64,000 nucleotides of DNA from Octopus vulgaris (Eukaryota), in the NCBI GenBank assembly GCA_951406725.2, contig OX597837.1, positions 15,500,001-15,564,000 of the forward strand, written 5' to 3'. The position numbers and the translations under genes were made by a program. Shown piece after piece: positions 12,885 to 27,276 of this stretch (the first letter of the stretch is position 1; the number at the start of each line of letters is the position of its first letter). The notes below the pieces were generated by a model. It had not been told where the DNA came from. It searched no databases and saw only the letters and a program-made list of their open reading frames with translations.

Positions 12885-13761
12885 TTGAGTTGTCAGAGAA
12901 ATTCGTTCGTTCTTCCCAATGTTATTTCAATTAACACCAAAACAATTTTTATTGCAGTGTTTTATGGCTTCTTTACAGCTCTATTCTTTCTCTGCGACTT
13001 TTGTTCATTGTTTTTGAAATTTGAATATATTTTTACCTCTTTTCAGTCCTACAATAATGGAGTGCCAAGCAGAAAGACAAACAAACATTTTCGACACTCG
13101 CTTCTCTTCCTTTTCAATCATGATTCCAAAGCTGCTCCAGACATTTCTACAGAGAGAGAGCAGTTACTGAAGGACCTGCACATAAAGGGCTTTCGCTTTT
13201 CGTTGAGGAGAAATTCGACCTCACAGAATCTCCGCGTTCCGGCCGACCTTTTCAGTTCAATGAGGATGGATTGAATGAGCTCATCTACGAAGAACCGCGC
13301 CATTCTACAGGAGAATTGGCCCAGCAGAGAGGATGTTCTCATGATACCACCACTCGTCACCTTCACTCGATGGCTAAAGAGCAAATGACCCGACCGGTGA
13401 TACGGCCATTTCTTCAACACAAAAACATTCGGCTCCATGTCTCTAATTTGATCAAAAATGTTTATTCAAGAACTCTTTTAGTTAAGTTCTTCCGATATAT
13501 CACCCTCAGATTATCACCTTTTTCGGTGGCGTTTCGTTCAACAACAATGAGGAACCGAAAAACGTGACTCGACCAATTCTGCGAATTAAAACCCGGTGAT
13601 TTCTACCGTCAAGACATTGACAATCGAGTGGAACGGTGGCGAGAAGTCGTGAACAATGAAGAAAAATATATATTATTGATTGATTTGTTAAAATTGTTCA
13701 CAAAAAAATTATTAAAATGAATTGAAAAGAAAAACCCAACGAATTTAACTGAAAACCGAAC
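12885..13761 (+). mobile_element. Mariner transposon, internally deleted and decayed
   Basis: RHSLLFLFN.., FNEDGLNELIYEEPRHSTGELAQQRGCSHDTTTRHLHSMAK, PSDYHLF and DFYRQDIDNRVERWREVVNNEEKYIID; same type as the 54.6-55.5 kb element. Confidence 0.8.
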
Positions 13762-14559
13762 GGTTGTTTTTTTAACGCTTGGCAAGTCTTTAATCAAAGG
13801 CATTCCGGTCGTGACCATTCCTTCGTTTATTCAATTTCAGATGAAGAAATGTGACCAAATTTTTGTTTTTAAACGATATCTTGATGCATTTCTCTCTAAC
13901 ACATCGAATCAGCCGACCCCAAAAGGTTTACAAACTTGAGAAGACTCTACCGATTCGCTGAACGACAAATGGAAGATACTGATAACGCTACAGAAAAATA
14001 ATTGACTTCTGGATATACACCGAAACAGCACAAAAGACGTAGAACATTTATCTCCGAAGGCAGTGCTCCAGCGTGGCTGTGACCGCGATGGATAAAACAA
14101 ATTAAATAACCAAAGAACAAAAGAACAAAAATACAAGATCTTTACGTTAATCCATGCACAGAGAACAACCATTCGTCTGAAAGGAAATGTATTTCTAAAA
14201 GAACTGAAGCGGTCGCAGAAAGGATTCAAAGGCTGTAAATATTATCTTCACATTGTTAGGCAACAGTTCGAAGAATATGAAGAAGAATTCAGCTGAAACT
14301 GAAGAATGCAGAATAACGATTCTGAACTTAGTACAGATTTCCCCCTTTGTTAAAACCTGGAAACATCAGCTACGATTAATGAAACGAAAAACAGAGAATT
14401 AGATCCGGAAGAAACAACTTCGCTTCAAAGCAATGAATCGAACAAAACTCAGTTATATAACAAATGTATAACGATACTAATATAACGACTGTTATATGAT
14501 GGGAGTTATATAACGGCTATATAACACTTCGTATTCTGTTGATAATAGGACACGGGTGA

Positions 14560-15300
14560 GAGTAAAACCACGAAGATAACAGGTATTACAAGAATGGGAA
14601 AATGAATATTTTGACAGAGTCAAAGAACTTTAAGGTCTCATCCATATACCAGGTATAAGATATAACTCTGCGGAAATGGAATAGAGTGTAACATGTCTAA
14701 ATTCTTTAGATTTTACTACGAGAAAGCTATGAAAATGTAAAAAAAAAAAGAACCCCACCTCATCCTATACAATAAACTTGACGCCCAACGACTGTACATT
14801 CGTAGAAAGGAAGATGGTAGACGTTTGCTGAGCATCAAGGAGCAATAATATATGAAAGCAATCGTTGATGTTACCCATCACCTTTCCAACTCACAAAATG
14901 GTTTGCTATGTGTTTACGATGATGAAAAACGAGTAGCAATGTAGCAAATCGATATCAGCAGCAACAAATTTCTCATAAGAAATTGGGTTAATCTTTGAAC
15001 AATTCTTGTCTGAATCTAAAGCAGCAGCGAAAACAGACATATTGAAATAATGACATATAAGTCGGCCGTGATAAGTATGGTCAATATTTTCGCGAACTGG
15101 ATGCTCTCGAAATAAATTGAACAACTATCTGTGCCCCAGGCTCACAAGTCCAACCTGAAAAGAAGCAGAAGAAGAAACAACCTTCGTGATCCAGGAACAA
15201 GACATTACCACTCGATATTACAAAAGAAATAAACACAATCCTTACAATATGGATGGCAAATGTCGCCGGTTTTGAGCTTCTCCTGGGACGATGCACGGCT
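14560..15300 (+). mobile_element. Highly decayed R4/Dong-like LINE remnant
   Basis: LDFTTRKL..KLDAQRLYIRRKEDGRRLLSIKE resembles the KIDRKI..KADAFRLCLLRAQRGRDLI segment of the 37 kb element. Confidence 0.45.
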
Positions 15301-17194
15301 AGGCATCAGGATATCCTAACTAATTCCGGCAAAATATATTTGGAGCCGAAGTAATGTAGCAAAGCTAATTTTGAAGCGTCTAAACCCAAATTTCAGCTGA
15401 TTCAAGAAAAGAAAAAGTTCCCCGATATTTATATGAATGTTTACCTGACTTAGGAAACGATAACGGGAATTTTAGTACAGAAGCATAGAAGAAGACGGCT
15501 AGTTAACACACACCGTATTTACCGGTGTATAAGACGCATGCTTTTTTTGTATTTTTGAATATAGCAAAAATTGTCCTACGTCTAATGTGAGTTTAGGGAG
15601 CCGAATGGACAGACTTCTGCCAGATACGAAAATTGTGACCAATAATAAAATTTTGGAAGCAAACTAAATTAGGACGAAAATTTGCTTATGGTACGTCAGC
15701 AAGTATGTGGGGAAGTCACATCACCTCACAGTACCTTCTTCTCCAGTATACATAACCCTCGAATGATATATGTCTTACATTCATCGACGCCAAAACGTCT
15801 CTGTTCGTACGGCAACCAACATGGCCGTAACATTTCTTGATTGTTTACTTCTTATGAACGGTCTTTTGTACCGGAAATAAAGAAAAGTTATTCAACTTAT
15901 TTCCTCTTTTGTATTTGTAAGAAGCTCTCCGTCTTCACTATTGTTTTTACTTTTTGCTTTTGTTTCTCCATCACAATACTTGAAGCCAGTTGCAATGATC
16001 TTCCTACATTGTTTGATGATTGTGGTACAGTTATCGTTAATTTTCTGAATGAAAAATGCTGCCAGAAAGATTAAAGGAATGCTAACAAACTTTCATCTTC
16101 TTGTCTGGAAGTTGCAAGAAAACCGTAGCGATGTAGCGTCACCCTGGTAACGGGTCGCGGTAACACAAACCATCACAACCAGAAATACGAGTTTCAGACA
16201 CTGTGTGGTTTTGTCTCTTGACCAAAATATTAGTTTCAAGATTTGGCACACGGCTAGGGACTTCAGGGGAGAGGTAAACGATTGCACTAACCTCAGTGTT
16301 TAACTGGTACTTGCTTTATCGACCTCAAAAGGATGACAGACAAAGTCGACATTGGCTGAATCTGAACTCAGAATGTAAAGACGTGTGAAATGTCGCTAAT
16401 CATTTTGCCCAGCGCTCTAACGATTCTGCCAGCTCAGCAACTATACAAATGATCTGGTTGGCGGGGGGGGGGGAGGTGGAAGAAAAAGATAAAGCTGAGA
16501 TTTGCCACTTCCATAACGTATCAATATATTTATGATAAATTTTCCCAAAGTTCAAACTCCTGATTGAAAAAAACATAAAAAGGAAATTGCTATGACATGA
16601 AATTGAAGATGTCTGGGATAGCACACACCAAGATAATCTCAATGAAACAGGAATTTATTTTGTATAGTATTTAATATACCTTTATTCATCATCACACGCG
16701 CGCGCGCGTGCACAAACACACACATACACAAACTCACGCATATACACACTCACACACACATACATGCACACGCACTCCTCATACACATACACTCTCTCTC
16801 ACACACACACACACGTACACATACACACATACTCACGCACACTCACACGTACATTGTGTTTGGGCTAAATTTGACAGTTTGCCAAAAAGGAACAGAAAAC
16901 ACAAAATCTTAGCCAAAAATAAAAGTATTTTTAAAAATTCCAAAAATATCAAAAATTATGGCTGGGAGAAAACAGTTTACCCAAAATGGAGACCCACCTC
17001 AGCTCCCATCGTGGCCTCAGGATTTTTTTTTTTTTTGAAACGAACTCAACTGAAAGCATCACTATGTTCCAATTTTTTTTTCAGAAAGGTTTTTTTTTAA
17101 AAATCTGCCTCTCAGACTCTTATATTTCTTCACATCCTGAAGATTAGGCTGAGATAACCGGAAAACGTTGATAATGAATTTGTGGACTTCGCTG

Positions 17195-17440
17195 AGGGTT
17201 CAGTCCCACTGCGTGGCACCTTGGGCAAGTGTCTTCTACAAGAGCCTTAGGCCGACCAAAACTTTGAGGATGAATTTGGTACCCGGAAACTGAAAGAATC
17301 CCATCGAATGTGTGTGTGTGCTTTCCACCACTGCTTGACCACCGATGTTAGTATTTACGTGACCGTAGCTTAGCGGTTCGGCAAAAGACTGATAGATTAA
17401 ATACGGTGCGTAAAAACAAACGTACTGGGGACAATTCATT
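17195..17440 (+). mobile_element. SINE family A, decayed
   Basis: gggttcagtcccactgcgtggcaccttgggcaagtgtcttcta..cggttcggcaaaag. Confidence 0.7.
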
Positions 17441-18006
17441 CGCCATAATGTTTGGCAGGAAGCTGAATGTTATTTCCATCAAGTTTGAAGTGAAGAAATA
17501 TTGGATAATACAATATATAAGCTGAAGCATTTGTTTTTGCCCATTTTTCAGTCAGTCAGACGATGTCCCAAGCGTCTGGCTTTTACCTGCAAAATGAACG
17601 TCTGCCATAAATGGTTGCTTACGTGACTGTCGTGATTGTGTAATAATAATGTTAAGAGGAGAATACGCTAAAACTGTATTGCTATGGTGGTGAAGACATT
17701 AGTAACGATTTATTCTGCTGGAACGAAGACAGTGAAATAGTAACGACTCCATACACTGCAGACGGAGTAACAATACTAAGCCCCACTCTGTCTTTCTTTG
17801 TCTCGCTTTCTCTCTTTCTCCTCTCTTTCGCTCTGACTGTCTGTGTGTCTGCACTGTTTCATGCCTGTCTAAATTTCAGCTTCTATTGGTGTCTCTGTGT
17901 CTCTCCATTCTCCCTCTGTGTGTGTGTACAGACACAGACACACATATACCTGCACCATTGTAGAAGGAGGAAGAGAAATAAGAAAAAGCGATATATATAT
18001 ATATAG

Positions 18007-18062
<56 letters not shown>

Positions 18063-18167
18063 TGATAGACAGATACTTTGCACTCCTTCCAAATGTTGCC
18101 TTACAGTTTTCCATTAATCAACTCTTAACAGCCTATACATTCACAAAGCTTTTAATCACCACCCAGA

Positions 18168-18265
18168 TTCTTCTTCTTCTTCTTCTTCTTCTTCTTCTTC
18201 TTCTTCTTCTTCTTCTTCTTCTTCTTCTTCTTCTTCTCCTCCTCCTCCTCCTCCTCCTCCTTCTT
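18168..18265. repeat. (CTT)n/(CCT)n microsatellite
   Basis: Read directly from the sequence. Confidence 0.95.
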
Positions 18266-18832
18266 CCCTTCGTTAGTTACTATCGCCTATTATCGTTTTC
18301 TTCGTGAGGCAATTCGGCAATTCTCTATATAAATCAAAGTTGTGAATAGACATGGACGCCATCTTTGCATAACACCCACCGATAACCGACTAAAAAAAAT
18401 ATCTAAAACATAGTTTTACAAAGTAGTTAACCTCCCTTTATCACTATTTCTCTACTTGAAGTTTTTTTTTGTGAGTTTCCACTCATTCCTTTTTCTTGTT
18501 GCCCGATTATGGCACAGATATTTTCTTCTCTTACACCTGATTATTTTATCCCCCCCCTCTCTCTCTGTCTGACTTCAATGGCGAACTTAAGTATTCAGAA
18601 TGGTGCTTAAAGCGAGACAAAAAGTTCTCTTTATCTTTGGGTTTGAGTGACCTTAGGTTTTGTGCCCTTCTTCTGTGTAAGATATTTTCCACTTCACAGA
18701 AGCCAGTGAAATTGAATATTAACTATTAGATGATTAACGCTACACACATACACCTGTCTGTCTGTCTGCCTGTCTGTCTGTCTGTCTGCCTGTCTGTCTG
18801 TCTGTCTCTACATACGTGCAAATACATACATA

Positions 18833-18864
<32 letters not shown>

Positions 18865-19420
18865 CACGCATTAAAGTTTATACAGACATGCGCGCACGTG
18901 TATAGAAGGATCTCCATTTAAAATTTGACGACTTCAACCTTAAATTCGACATTGTTAAATTCAGAATCGCTACCGTCAATCTCGACTACGATTTCATCAA
19001 CTTTAATTTCGTCATCGTCAGCTTAACGTCACTGTAGGACGGAGCAAATTTCGTTTTATGAACAGTGACGCTAGTGAAAACTTGTCGCAGAATTTTAAAA
19101 GAATCTAAACATTAAAATGTTTTGTAAGGAGCTGTTAGCTTTGTAATAAAAACTCGAATTTATCGTAAATCTATGTACATACATTAAGGACACTGGACGT
19201 AGAACAAAATTACATACTATACCATATATACAACATGACAAAGACAAACATAAGCACCATTAGTTTATTTTTTTATTCATTATTCTCATTTGTTGAGGAG
19301 ACTTGGGGGAGAAATACTCATGATACCAGTGAGAAGTTATGCGTTAGTACACATCCCACAAACTAGAGAATACCGACAACATTGACAGAAACGGGAGCCT
19401 TTTTCGGACGGGCGAAAAAT

Positions 19421-20790
19421 GAATCCAGGTAAGAAAAAGTTACAGGTAAAAAGGTTACAGGAAAAAAAAAAAAAGGGGACAACGTTAGCACTGTTTCTGC
19501 GTCTTTCTTTAATAAAAAGGTTAACTGTCGAATTCTCCCTTTTTTAAGGTTAATATGCCAATCAGTGTCTGTAAAGTAATATGCAGAACTGATGATAAAT
19601 TAATGAGTTATGAACTCTACGCAACCAACGGCCTACTCTTCCTGTACCACGTTTGCTAAAAGATCTAGGTGAACTTCCTACTGAGTATTCTATGACAGTT
19701 AGCCTAATCCCGAGGAGTTTTTACTCTATGATAAGGGACCAAAGGCAAACAACCGCGCTCTAGTGTTTGGTACCAGTGATGACCTCAGACTCCTTTCTGG
19801 TGCTGATACTCCATATATGGATGGCAACTTTGCTATGGCACCAACTATTTTCAAACAGAACTGTGTCATCCGTGTCCCTTTCAGTGATACAGCTGTTACT
19901 TCAGTGTACGTTCTTCTTCCAAACAAGACTCGTGTCGCCTTCGAAGAACTCTTTCAGGCCATAGTTGATGAGTGTGAAGACCTAAGCTATTCTATTAATG
20001 TGCAAACCGTGGTGACTGACTTTGAAGATGGTGCACTGAGAGCTGTTCTTGCAAGGTTTGGCTGCGACGTAGAGAGCAAAGGTTGTTTCTATCATCTTAC
20101 GCAGTCCACTTGGCGTAAAAGCCAGGAACTGAGTTTGGGAACATTGTATAATACCAATGCTCAGTTTCGTCTGTTTTGTGGAATGATTTATGCTCTAGCT
20201 TTTCTGCCCTTAGAAGACGTTAATGAAGGTATGAGATACTTCAGAACTGACATTCCACAAGATCCACCTGAAGCCGAGGAGCTGCTCCATTGTACTTCGA
20301 TTGTACTTATGTTGGTGGCTCCTTTTGACTGATTCAACAGCCAGTTGCCATGTCCAGTGACGTCCTGATCCCTCTGAAAATGCGTCACATTCCACCTATG
20401 TTTGCCCCTCACCTATGGAATGTGCATGGCATTCGTACGAAGGGTGGAATAATATATTCTTCAACCTCGTTGGTCACTACCATCCTTTATTCTGACGTGT
20501 CAATGAATGGTTTCAACGTGAAGAAGCGACAGTGATCACCATTATCCGGCAGGATGCTGTGTTGGCAACCCAGCTCACCACCTCAAAGAAGAATGCCTTC
20601 CCAACTTGTGTACTGTTCAACGGGACGACCACCAGACTGTGGCAGAGTTTCTTCGTGGCTTCGGTTTGAATATTTGTCTTAATCACCAGCTTTAAAAAAC
20701 ATGGAATATACATGCAATGCCACGATATTATGTAAGCTATTTTCAATCTGTACATGTCCTCTACTGTCAATAAATGACTTAAATATTTCT
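19421..20790 (+). mobile_element. Mutator (MULE) DNA transposon fragment, disrupted transposase
   Basis: ORF 19763..20332 contains YMDGNFAMAP, VYVLLPNKT, VVTDFEDGALRAV and KGCFYHLTQSTWRK (MULE domain with CxxH). It is frameshifted downstream (PPMFAPHLWNVH). TIR-like aaaaagttacagg repeats lie at ~19430. Confidence 0.85.
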
Positions 20791-20850
20791 GCTTGATTAC
20801 CTTACTGTGCTTAAGATATGAACAAAACGTGATTTTTTTTTCATATACAT

Positions 20851-21070
20851 GTCACTCTCAATATTTTTAACAAAGGGGCGCATTTTAAATAGGTTTACGG
20901 AACAATTACCCAAATGCCTACATGAAGCTAAACACACATTCACATATTTCAATCTTAACCATACATAACTAATGTAGTAAACCTAACACCCATAACTCAG
21001 AGTAATCCACTTGAGTTAAAAAGAACAGTATCGGAATAACATGTATTTAGACATGTAACTTTACATTCTA

Positions 21071-21115
<45 letters not shown>

Positions 21116-21158
21116 AGTTAAACGCAGGCGTTATTCAAATTCTTTTACTTCCGACACA
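20851..21158 (+). repeat. Direct repeat (PLE 3' end/pseudo-LTR) of 22430-22732
   Basis: Near-identical ~300-bp copy, including the (TA)n and the adjacent ggagttaaacgcaggcg..ccgacaca segment. Confidence 0.85.
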
Positions 21159-21489
21159 TATAAAAATATGATGGTATTCTGAATTTTTCCTGTGACTTTA
21201 TTAAAGGCCGCCGCGAAGAATACATCGCATCTCATCTACGAGGCTATACTTTTGCTTTCCAGGAACAGGAGAGAATAGGAGAGAACTGCTAAATGCTTGA
21301 TGAACAAAAGTAACAAGGATGCCTCTAGACATCCACATCAAAATATGTCGATTGTGCTACACCAGCGCTGAAGATAACTGGTCCTCCGTCGGTTACGAGG
21401 ATGATTGTTCCAGTTGGTCCGATCAACAGAACAGCCTACTTGTGAAATCAACGTGCAAGTGGCTGAGTACTCCACTTGCATAAGAACCA

Positions 21490-22649
21490 ATTATAAGTTA
21501 GAGAAAACTAGTGACAGACAACAAATTAAACTCTTAACGCCACAAATTCCTAATGCCAGTCCAAACACCCAAACAAACAGACCTAACAGAAAATATAAAA
21601 ATATGATGTCCTTTGGTATAACCCAATCTGGGGCTCGAACATCTCATCCAAAATCGCGAAACCATTTTTTGCCACACTTGATCGCTGCTTCCCTAAAAAT
21701 ACAATGTACAGCAAAATATTGAACCGCCACACTATAAAACTGTCCTATGCAAATTCATCAAATATAGAGCAGCACACTCATAGGATTAACAATTGTAAAC
21801 TGAGAAAGCGAAATGACTGCACTCAAAATAAGCCCTTAAAAATTGACCGCGACTTATATTACCAACCGAGAGACAATGCTAATACCAAGCAATTAATGTA
21901 GTAAAGTGATAACTCGAACTATAATACCAACAAACCGAGAAAAAACAACTATAATATCGACTATAACCATCCAACGAATCATACCAGCATCAATTCAAAC
22001 AACACCGACACACCCAGAAATAGTAATAATAAAAGGATAACAATGACTACAAATATATACTGAACAGAACCTAGTGTTCGCTGCACATAAGCACACAAAA
22101 AAACTAACCGGTTATGCTCATGCAGAGACAGAACCAAATGTATTTTGGACAATCAATGTATGACTAAGAATGTGGTATACAAGTGCACACTAAACACCAG
22201 GGGAGGCCTCTACGTATAAATCGGAGCATCAGTCGATATTTTCAAAAATCTATATCGTAACCACATTGCCAGCTTTCGAAAAATCCTTAAACCGCATGTA
22301 ACATTACTGGCTGATTTTTATCTAGAGGCTCAAGGTAGAGAAGGCAAAATATGACCTGACCTGGTCCATAATTAGACATGCAAGTCCTTACAACATATTA
22401 TCTCGGAAATGCCAGCTATGTTCCGAAGAGTCACTCACAATATTTTTAACAAAGGGACGCATTTTAAATAGGTTTACGGAACAATTACCCAAATGCCTAC
22501 ATGAAGCTAAACACACATTCACATATTTCAATCTTAACCATACATAACTAATGTAGTAAACCTAACACCCATAACTCAGATTAATCCACTTGAGTTAAAA
22601 AGAACAGTATCGGAATAACATGTATTTAGACATGTAACTTTGCATTCTA

Positions 22650-22655
<6 letters not shown>
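21490..22655 (+). mobile_element. Decayed Penelope-like element (3' part: thumb end, N/T-rich linker, CxCx5C, GIY-YIG)
   Basis: Translates across frameshifts as VLWYNPIWGSNISSKIAK..DRCFPKNTMYSKILNRHTIKLSYANSSNIEQH, CSCRDRTKCILDNQCMTKNVVYKC, YV*IGAS and RILNRFTEQLPKCLHEAKH, collinear with the 40.7-42.3 kb ORF. Confidence 0.8.
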
Positions 22656-22688
<33 letters not shown>

Positions 22689-22721
22689 AGTTAAACGCAG
22701 GCGTTATTCAAATTCTTTTAC

Positions 22722-22806
22722 TTCCGACACATGTTTCGAAGATATCATTGGTATTATTCCAAAGGAATAAAATGGTGTAAATCAATGTAATCTTCTCTTC
22801 GGGGAA
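22722..22806 (-). ncRNA. Hammerhead ribozyme-like motif with long stem II (PLE tail, minus strand)
   Basis: Minus strand reads ttcc-CCGAAGA-gaagat...atcttc-GAAA-catgtg-TC-ggaa. The tail ends at (TA)n 22654-22686. Confidence 0.6.
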
Positions 22807-22878
22807 ATGAAGAAATAAAAGTCGTCAATAAGACATTGTAACAGAAAATGATGGATATGCATAGTGATGAACTGAACG

Positions 22879-22879
<1 letters not shown>

Positions 22880-22976
<97 letters not shown>

Positions 22977-23019
22977 GTCTGTCTGTCTGTCTGTCTGTCT
23001 CGCTCTCTCTCTCTCTCTC

Positions 23020-23072
<53 letters not shown>

Positions 23073-23144
23073 CTATATATGTATGTGTGTATGAGTATAT
23101 GTATGTATATGTATAAATGTATTAATATATATATATATATGTAC

Positions 23145-23215
<71 letters not shown>

Positions 23216-23302
23216 CATATGTGTGTATGTGTGTATATGGGTCTTCGTACGTATCTATACGCATATTATATATGTGTATGTGTGTACACATATATATATG
23301 TG

Positions 23303-23334
<32 letters not shown>

Positions 23335-23345
23335 TTATGTGTGAG
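22880..23345. repeat. Compound (TATC)n/(TGTC)n/(TA)n/(TATG)n repeat
   Basis: Read directly from the sequence. Confidence 0.95.
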
Positions 23346-23609
23346 TGTATATGCAGGTACACGAAACTACTTGTCTAAGTATTAATCTTCTTTTCTCCTC
23401 TTTTCGTTTCCCTCTAAGCCGTTGCGACAGCAAAAGCTGATTATGTCATTTTACCTAAACTGGAACGAATGTTTTCCACGTTCATATTTTAATTTTTTAC
23501 GTTTCTATCATATTTTTTGCTTTTATTCATTCTCGAACCGGATTGGCATATAACAACAACCCAACCAACACACACACAAAAAATCTCTAGAGAGACTTCT
23601 TTATGAATA

Positions 23610-23652
23610 TACCTGAAGAGACCCAGAGCGATGGGCCGAAACATATGTTGTA
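23610..23652 (+). ncRNA. Minimal hammerhead ribozyme-like motif (PLE tail)
   Basis: tac-CTGAAGA-gaccca(gagcga)tgggcc-GAAA-catatg-TT-gta, with palindromic stem III, followed by AATAAA. Confidence 0.65.
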
Positions 23653-26364
23653 CCTAATAAAAGTCTAATACGAAATCCATCTCCTACTATTAATTTATGC
23701 TATTGCCCTAACTGCCACTGCGAAGTCCCTGACGAAAATGCAACGGAAGTGTACCACAACCGCGGATGACAACAGGAAGCCTAAACTGTGACGGTGCTCT
23801 GCTCAACATTTAAACACACTAATTGAATTATACGTATTTGTCTAAATGTTCTATATAATATATATATATATTGAAACGAGCCGGCTACCAGATTCCCAAT
23901 TAGTTTAAGGCTGGAACCAGACAATGCGGTGAGGAAGCTAACAGGCAGATCTTTGGCAGACATTTCTATACTTTAACATATCACTTTAAAACACCGCACA
24001 CATACCTAACCCCGCCAAGCCATCAACCATCAAGCATCAACCATCAAGCATTAAACGCTATCATCATTCATTCATATCTGTTCAAATTTCTATTCCGTTT
24101 GGCAGCACATACATACATTATTAATACAAGATTACATATTAACATTGTCCCTAGCTTCATATACAGTTACCAACCAATATATTCTACAATTTCACGCTTA
24201 TTCCATTTCTTCCTCCTTCTTCTCTTCCTTCACGCTCCCCCTCCCCACCTCATGTTCGCTTTCCCTCTCCATTTCCTCCTCCTCCTCCTCCTAATAATGA
24301 TATCTGGCAGCCAAGACAATTAATCCTAGTACACCACGAACCGAAGCTCACATGCGCACACACACACTCGTCACACACAACACCCAAACGAAGCTATTTA
24401 ACCAATTCATATTAATACAAACTAGTTTGGCGCCGATGGTGTCGCTGCTGATGATCAGCAGACATTATTTTGCTCCCAATTTTTCTCTCTGTCTCTCTGC
24501 TCCCCTCTCCCTAAAGTCTCATCCTCTACCCACCCACCCACCCACCTACCCCTCGTCGTCTCTCCTTCCTCTGTTCTTCAGCTCACATATTTCTACATCC
24601 TATCACCTCTTATTCCCTTTCTTCGACTCTTCCTGTCACTGTTCGCATCAAACCACTCTAATTCTGACGTCAATACTCCCCTTTCCTAATCTTTTCCACC
24701 CCCTTCACACCTAACACCCGCATCACACACATACATACATACATACCCTCATGCACGCACGTACACACACTTTTCACACCGTCCACCCGCTGCCGCATTA
24801 CCATAACAGACCACACTCTGTTGCCCTCCTTTTCATAACGCCCGCCCAGCTGTTTATATTTAAATTTATCTTAACCCGCCTTCTTCCTTGTTCTTCTCTC
24901 TCTGTCCGCTACCACTTCCCCTCTCTCTCTCTCTTTCTCCCTATCTCTCTCCTCTCACCATTACCCCAATTTTCGGTATTATTCTTTCTCTCTTATCATC
25001 TAATCTGATAAATCAACATGACTCTAGTCTGTTGCCATTGGTTGCTGATTATAATGGTTTCGAGTTCGTGTGTTAAGAGCATGAGAGTATATATATATGT
25101 GTCTGCATATATACACATATATAAACAGACACTTATCACACACTGCTATTTTCCTATACATTTTCACCAGCCCAGCGCATTGTATGCTCACGCTTTCTAC
25201 TTACCCAAGCGCTCGCTTCAGTGTATCTATCTCATCAGCAGCCAGCATGATTCACACTGGCGCTCTTCTGACAAAGTGGAGCAGTCCAATTTGATTGAAT
25301 AAACAAACTCGCTTCACAGCGTTATAAATTTGTTCAGCTTCAAAGAAGCTGATATCGCCCAACCCACTTCGCCGATTAATAATTGTCTCCTAGTTGCTGA
25401 AGCTTGCTTTAGCTTCTGACTTAAAACCCCTGTTCGTCTCTATGGCAACTCTGAGTGGATTATTCCAACATTCTTTTCTGTCGTCTGTGTAGATTGGCAG
25501 CCATCTTAACTGCCTAATCTGCTAATTTAGTACTAAAAATAAAGAGGAAATGAAAACAGACATAGAAAATAGCCTGAGATTATAGTAGATAAGATAAAGA
25601 GTTATAATAATCTTTTAATAAAGCTCAGTAAAATAAACATCAGCACACCATTTTTATGGCAAAATATCAAAATACAAAAAAAATCATTTTGATAATATAT
25701 TAAAAAAGGAAAACGAAGCTTCTGCTGTTAGTTTAGTTTTCTCTACATGGGAGACGAAGAGGTTGCGTTAAGAATTCTATCAGCATAGTACTAACACAGA
25801 CTACCTTAGAACTAGTTTAGAAGAATCAATCGGTGGCTGTACAATATTACCAAATATGGTAGTAAGTCAGGTCGCTATTGCGTCATCACATTGTCTTTGC
25901 CTTTCTCTCTCCCTCTCTGTCTCTCTCTGTCTCTGTCTCTTTCTCTCTTTCTTGCTTTCTTTCGATGGTTGATTATAGTTTCTCCTCCCTTTTTTGTTGC
26001 ATAAGCCTTCAGGTGTGTAAAATGGTGAATATTGCTGTCCTTATATGGTGCTTTCTTCTTATTTCTATTTTTATTTCGCTTGAGATTTTTCCTCCCATTC
26101 TACGAAACCAAACCTAGGTATATTTGTATACATTTGTTATCCAGTTTATGTATATTTCTTATCTATATCATATATGTATGTGAGTGTGTGCGTAGTTAAT
26201 ATTATTTTTGTTATCTAATATTATGTAAGTGCGCGTAGATGTTCGTCTGTATTATGCAAGCGCGTGTATATGTATATATTACTATAATAACATTTTATTT
26301 ATCTATATTAGCTGTATATGCGTGCTAGTATGTTGTATGCATACATCTTCATTATAGGTTTTCT

Positions 26365-27178
26365 GGAAGGCATTGCATTGGTAGAATCGTTAGAGCATCA
26401 GAAAATGCTCTTTACGTTCTAAGTTCAAATCTCGCCGAGGTCAACTTTCCTTTTCATCCTCTCAAAATAAAGTTCCAATGGAGTACTGAGGTCAATGGTA
26501 TCGATTGACCTCCATCCCCAGCCCTCAAAACTGTTGGCTTTGTTCCTAAATGAGAAGCGATGAAGAGGGCGATGGTTTGGAAAAAATCGTTAGAGTTTCG
26601 GAAAAAAGGCCAAGCGGTAATCGTTTGAGTCCTTTGTGATCTAAGTTCATTACCTGCCGAGGTCAAGTTTACCTTTCATTCTTTCAGGTCGATAAAATAA
26701 AGTACCAGTTAAGAACTGGGGTCGATGAGATTCACTTGCCCCTCCCCTCAAAACCACTAGACTTGTGTCCAAATTAGAAAGCATTATTTTTGTGCTATGT
26801 ATTGTGTGTGTATGTTTGTATTATTCTTATCTATATTATGTATGCGTGTATACGTCAACATTACTATGTAATCTTCATTATGTATGGGTTTATATTATTA
26901 TGCAAGTTGGCATGCCGGACAAAATGCTTTGCGGCATTTCTTCCGTCTTCGTGTTCTGAGTTCAAATTTCGCCAAGTTCGACTTTGCCATTCATCTTTCC
27001 GGACTCGATGTACCAGTTATGTATTAGGGTCGATGTCATCCACTAGCCTTCCCCTTCCCCAAAATTTCATGCCTTGTAGCGAGAGTAGAAACAATTAATA
27101 TTTACATAAGTCATTAAGAAGTGTGCATACACTTAGTTTTACATGTCATCTATCTATTTGTCTGTCTGTCTGTCTGTC

Positions 27179-27276
<98 letters not shown>

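Noticed and set aside
15510-15620. Pogo/Tigger-like TIR (ccgtatttaccggtgtataagacgca)
   Set aside because: No partner TIR or transposase remnant could be identified with confidence.
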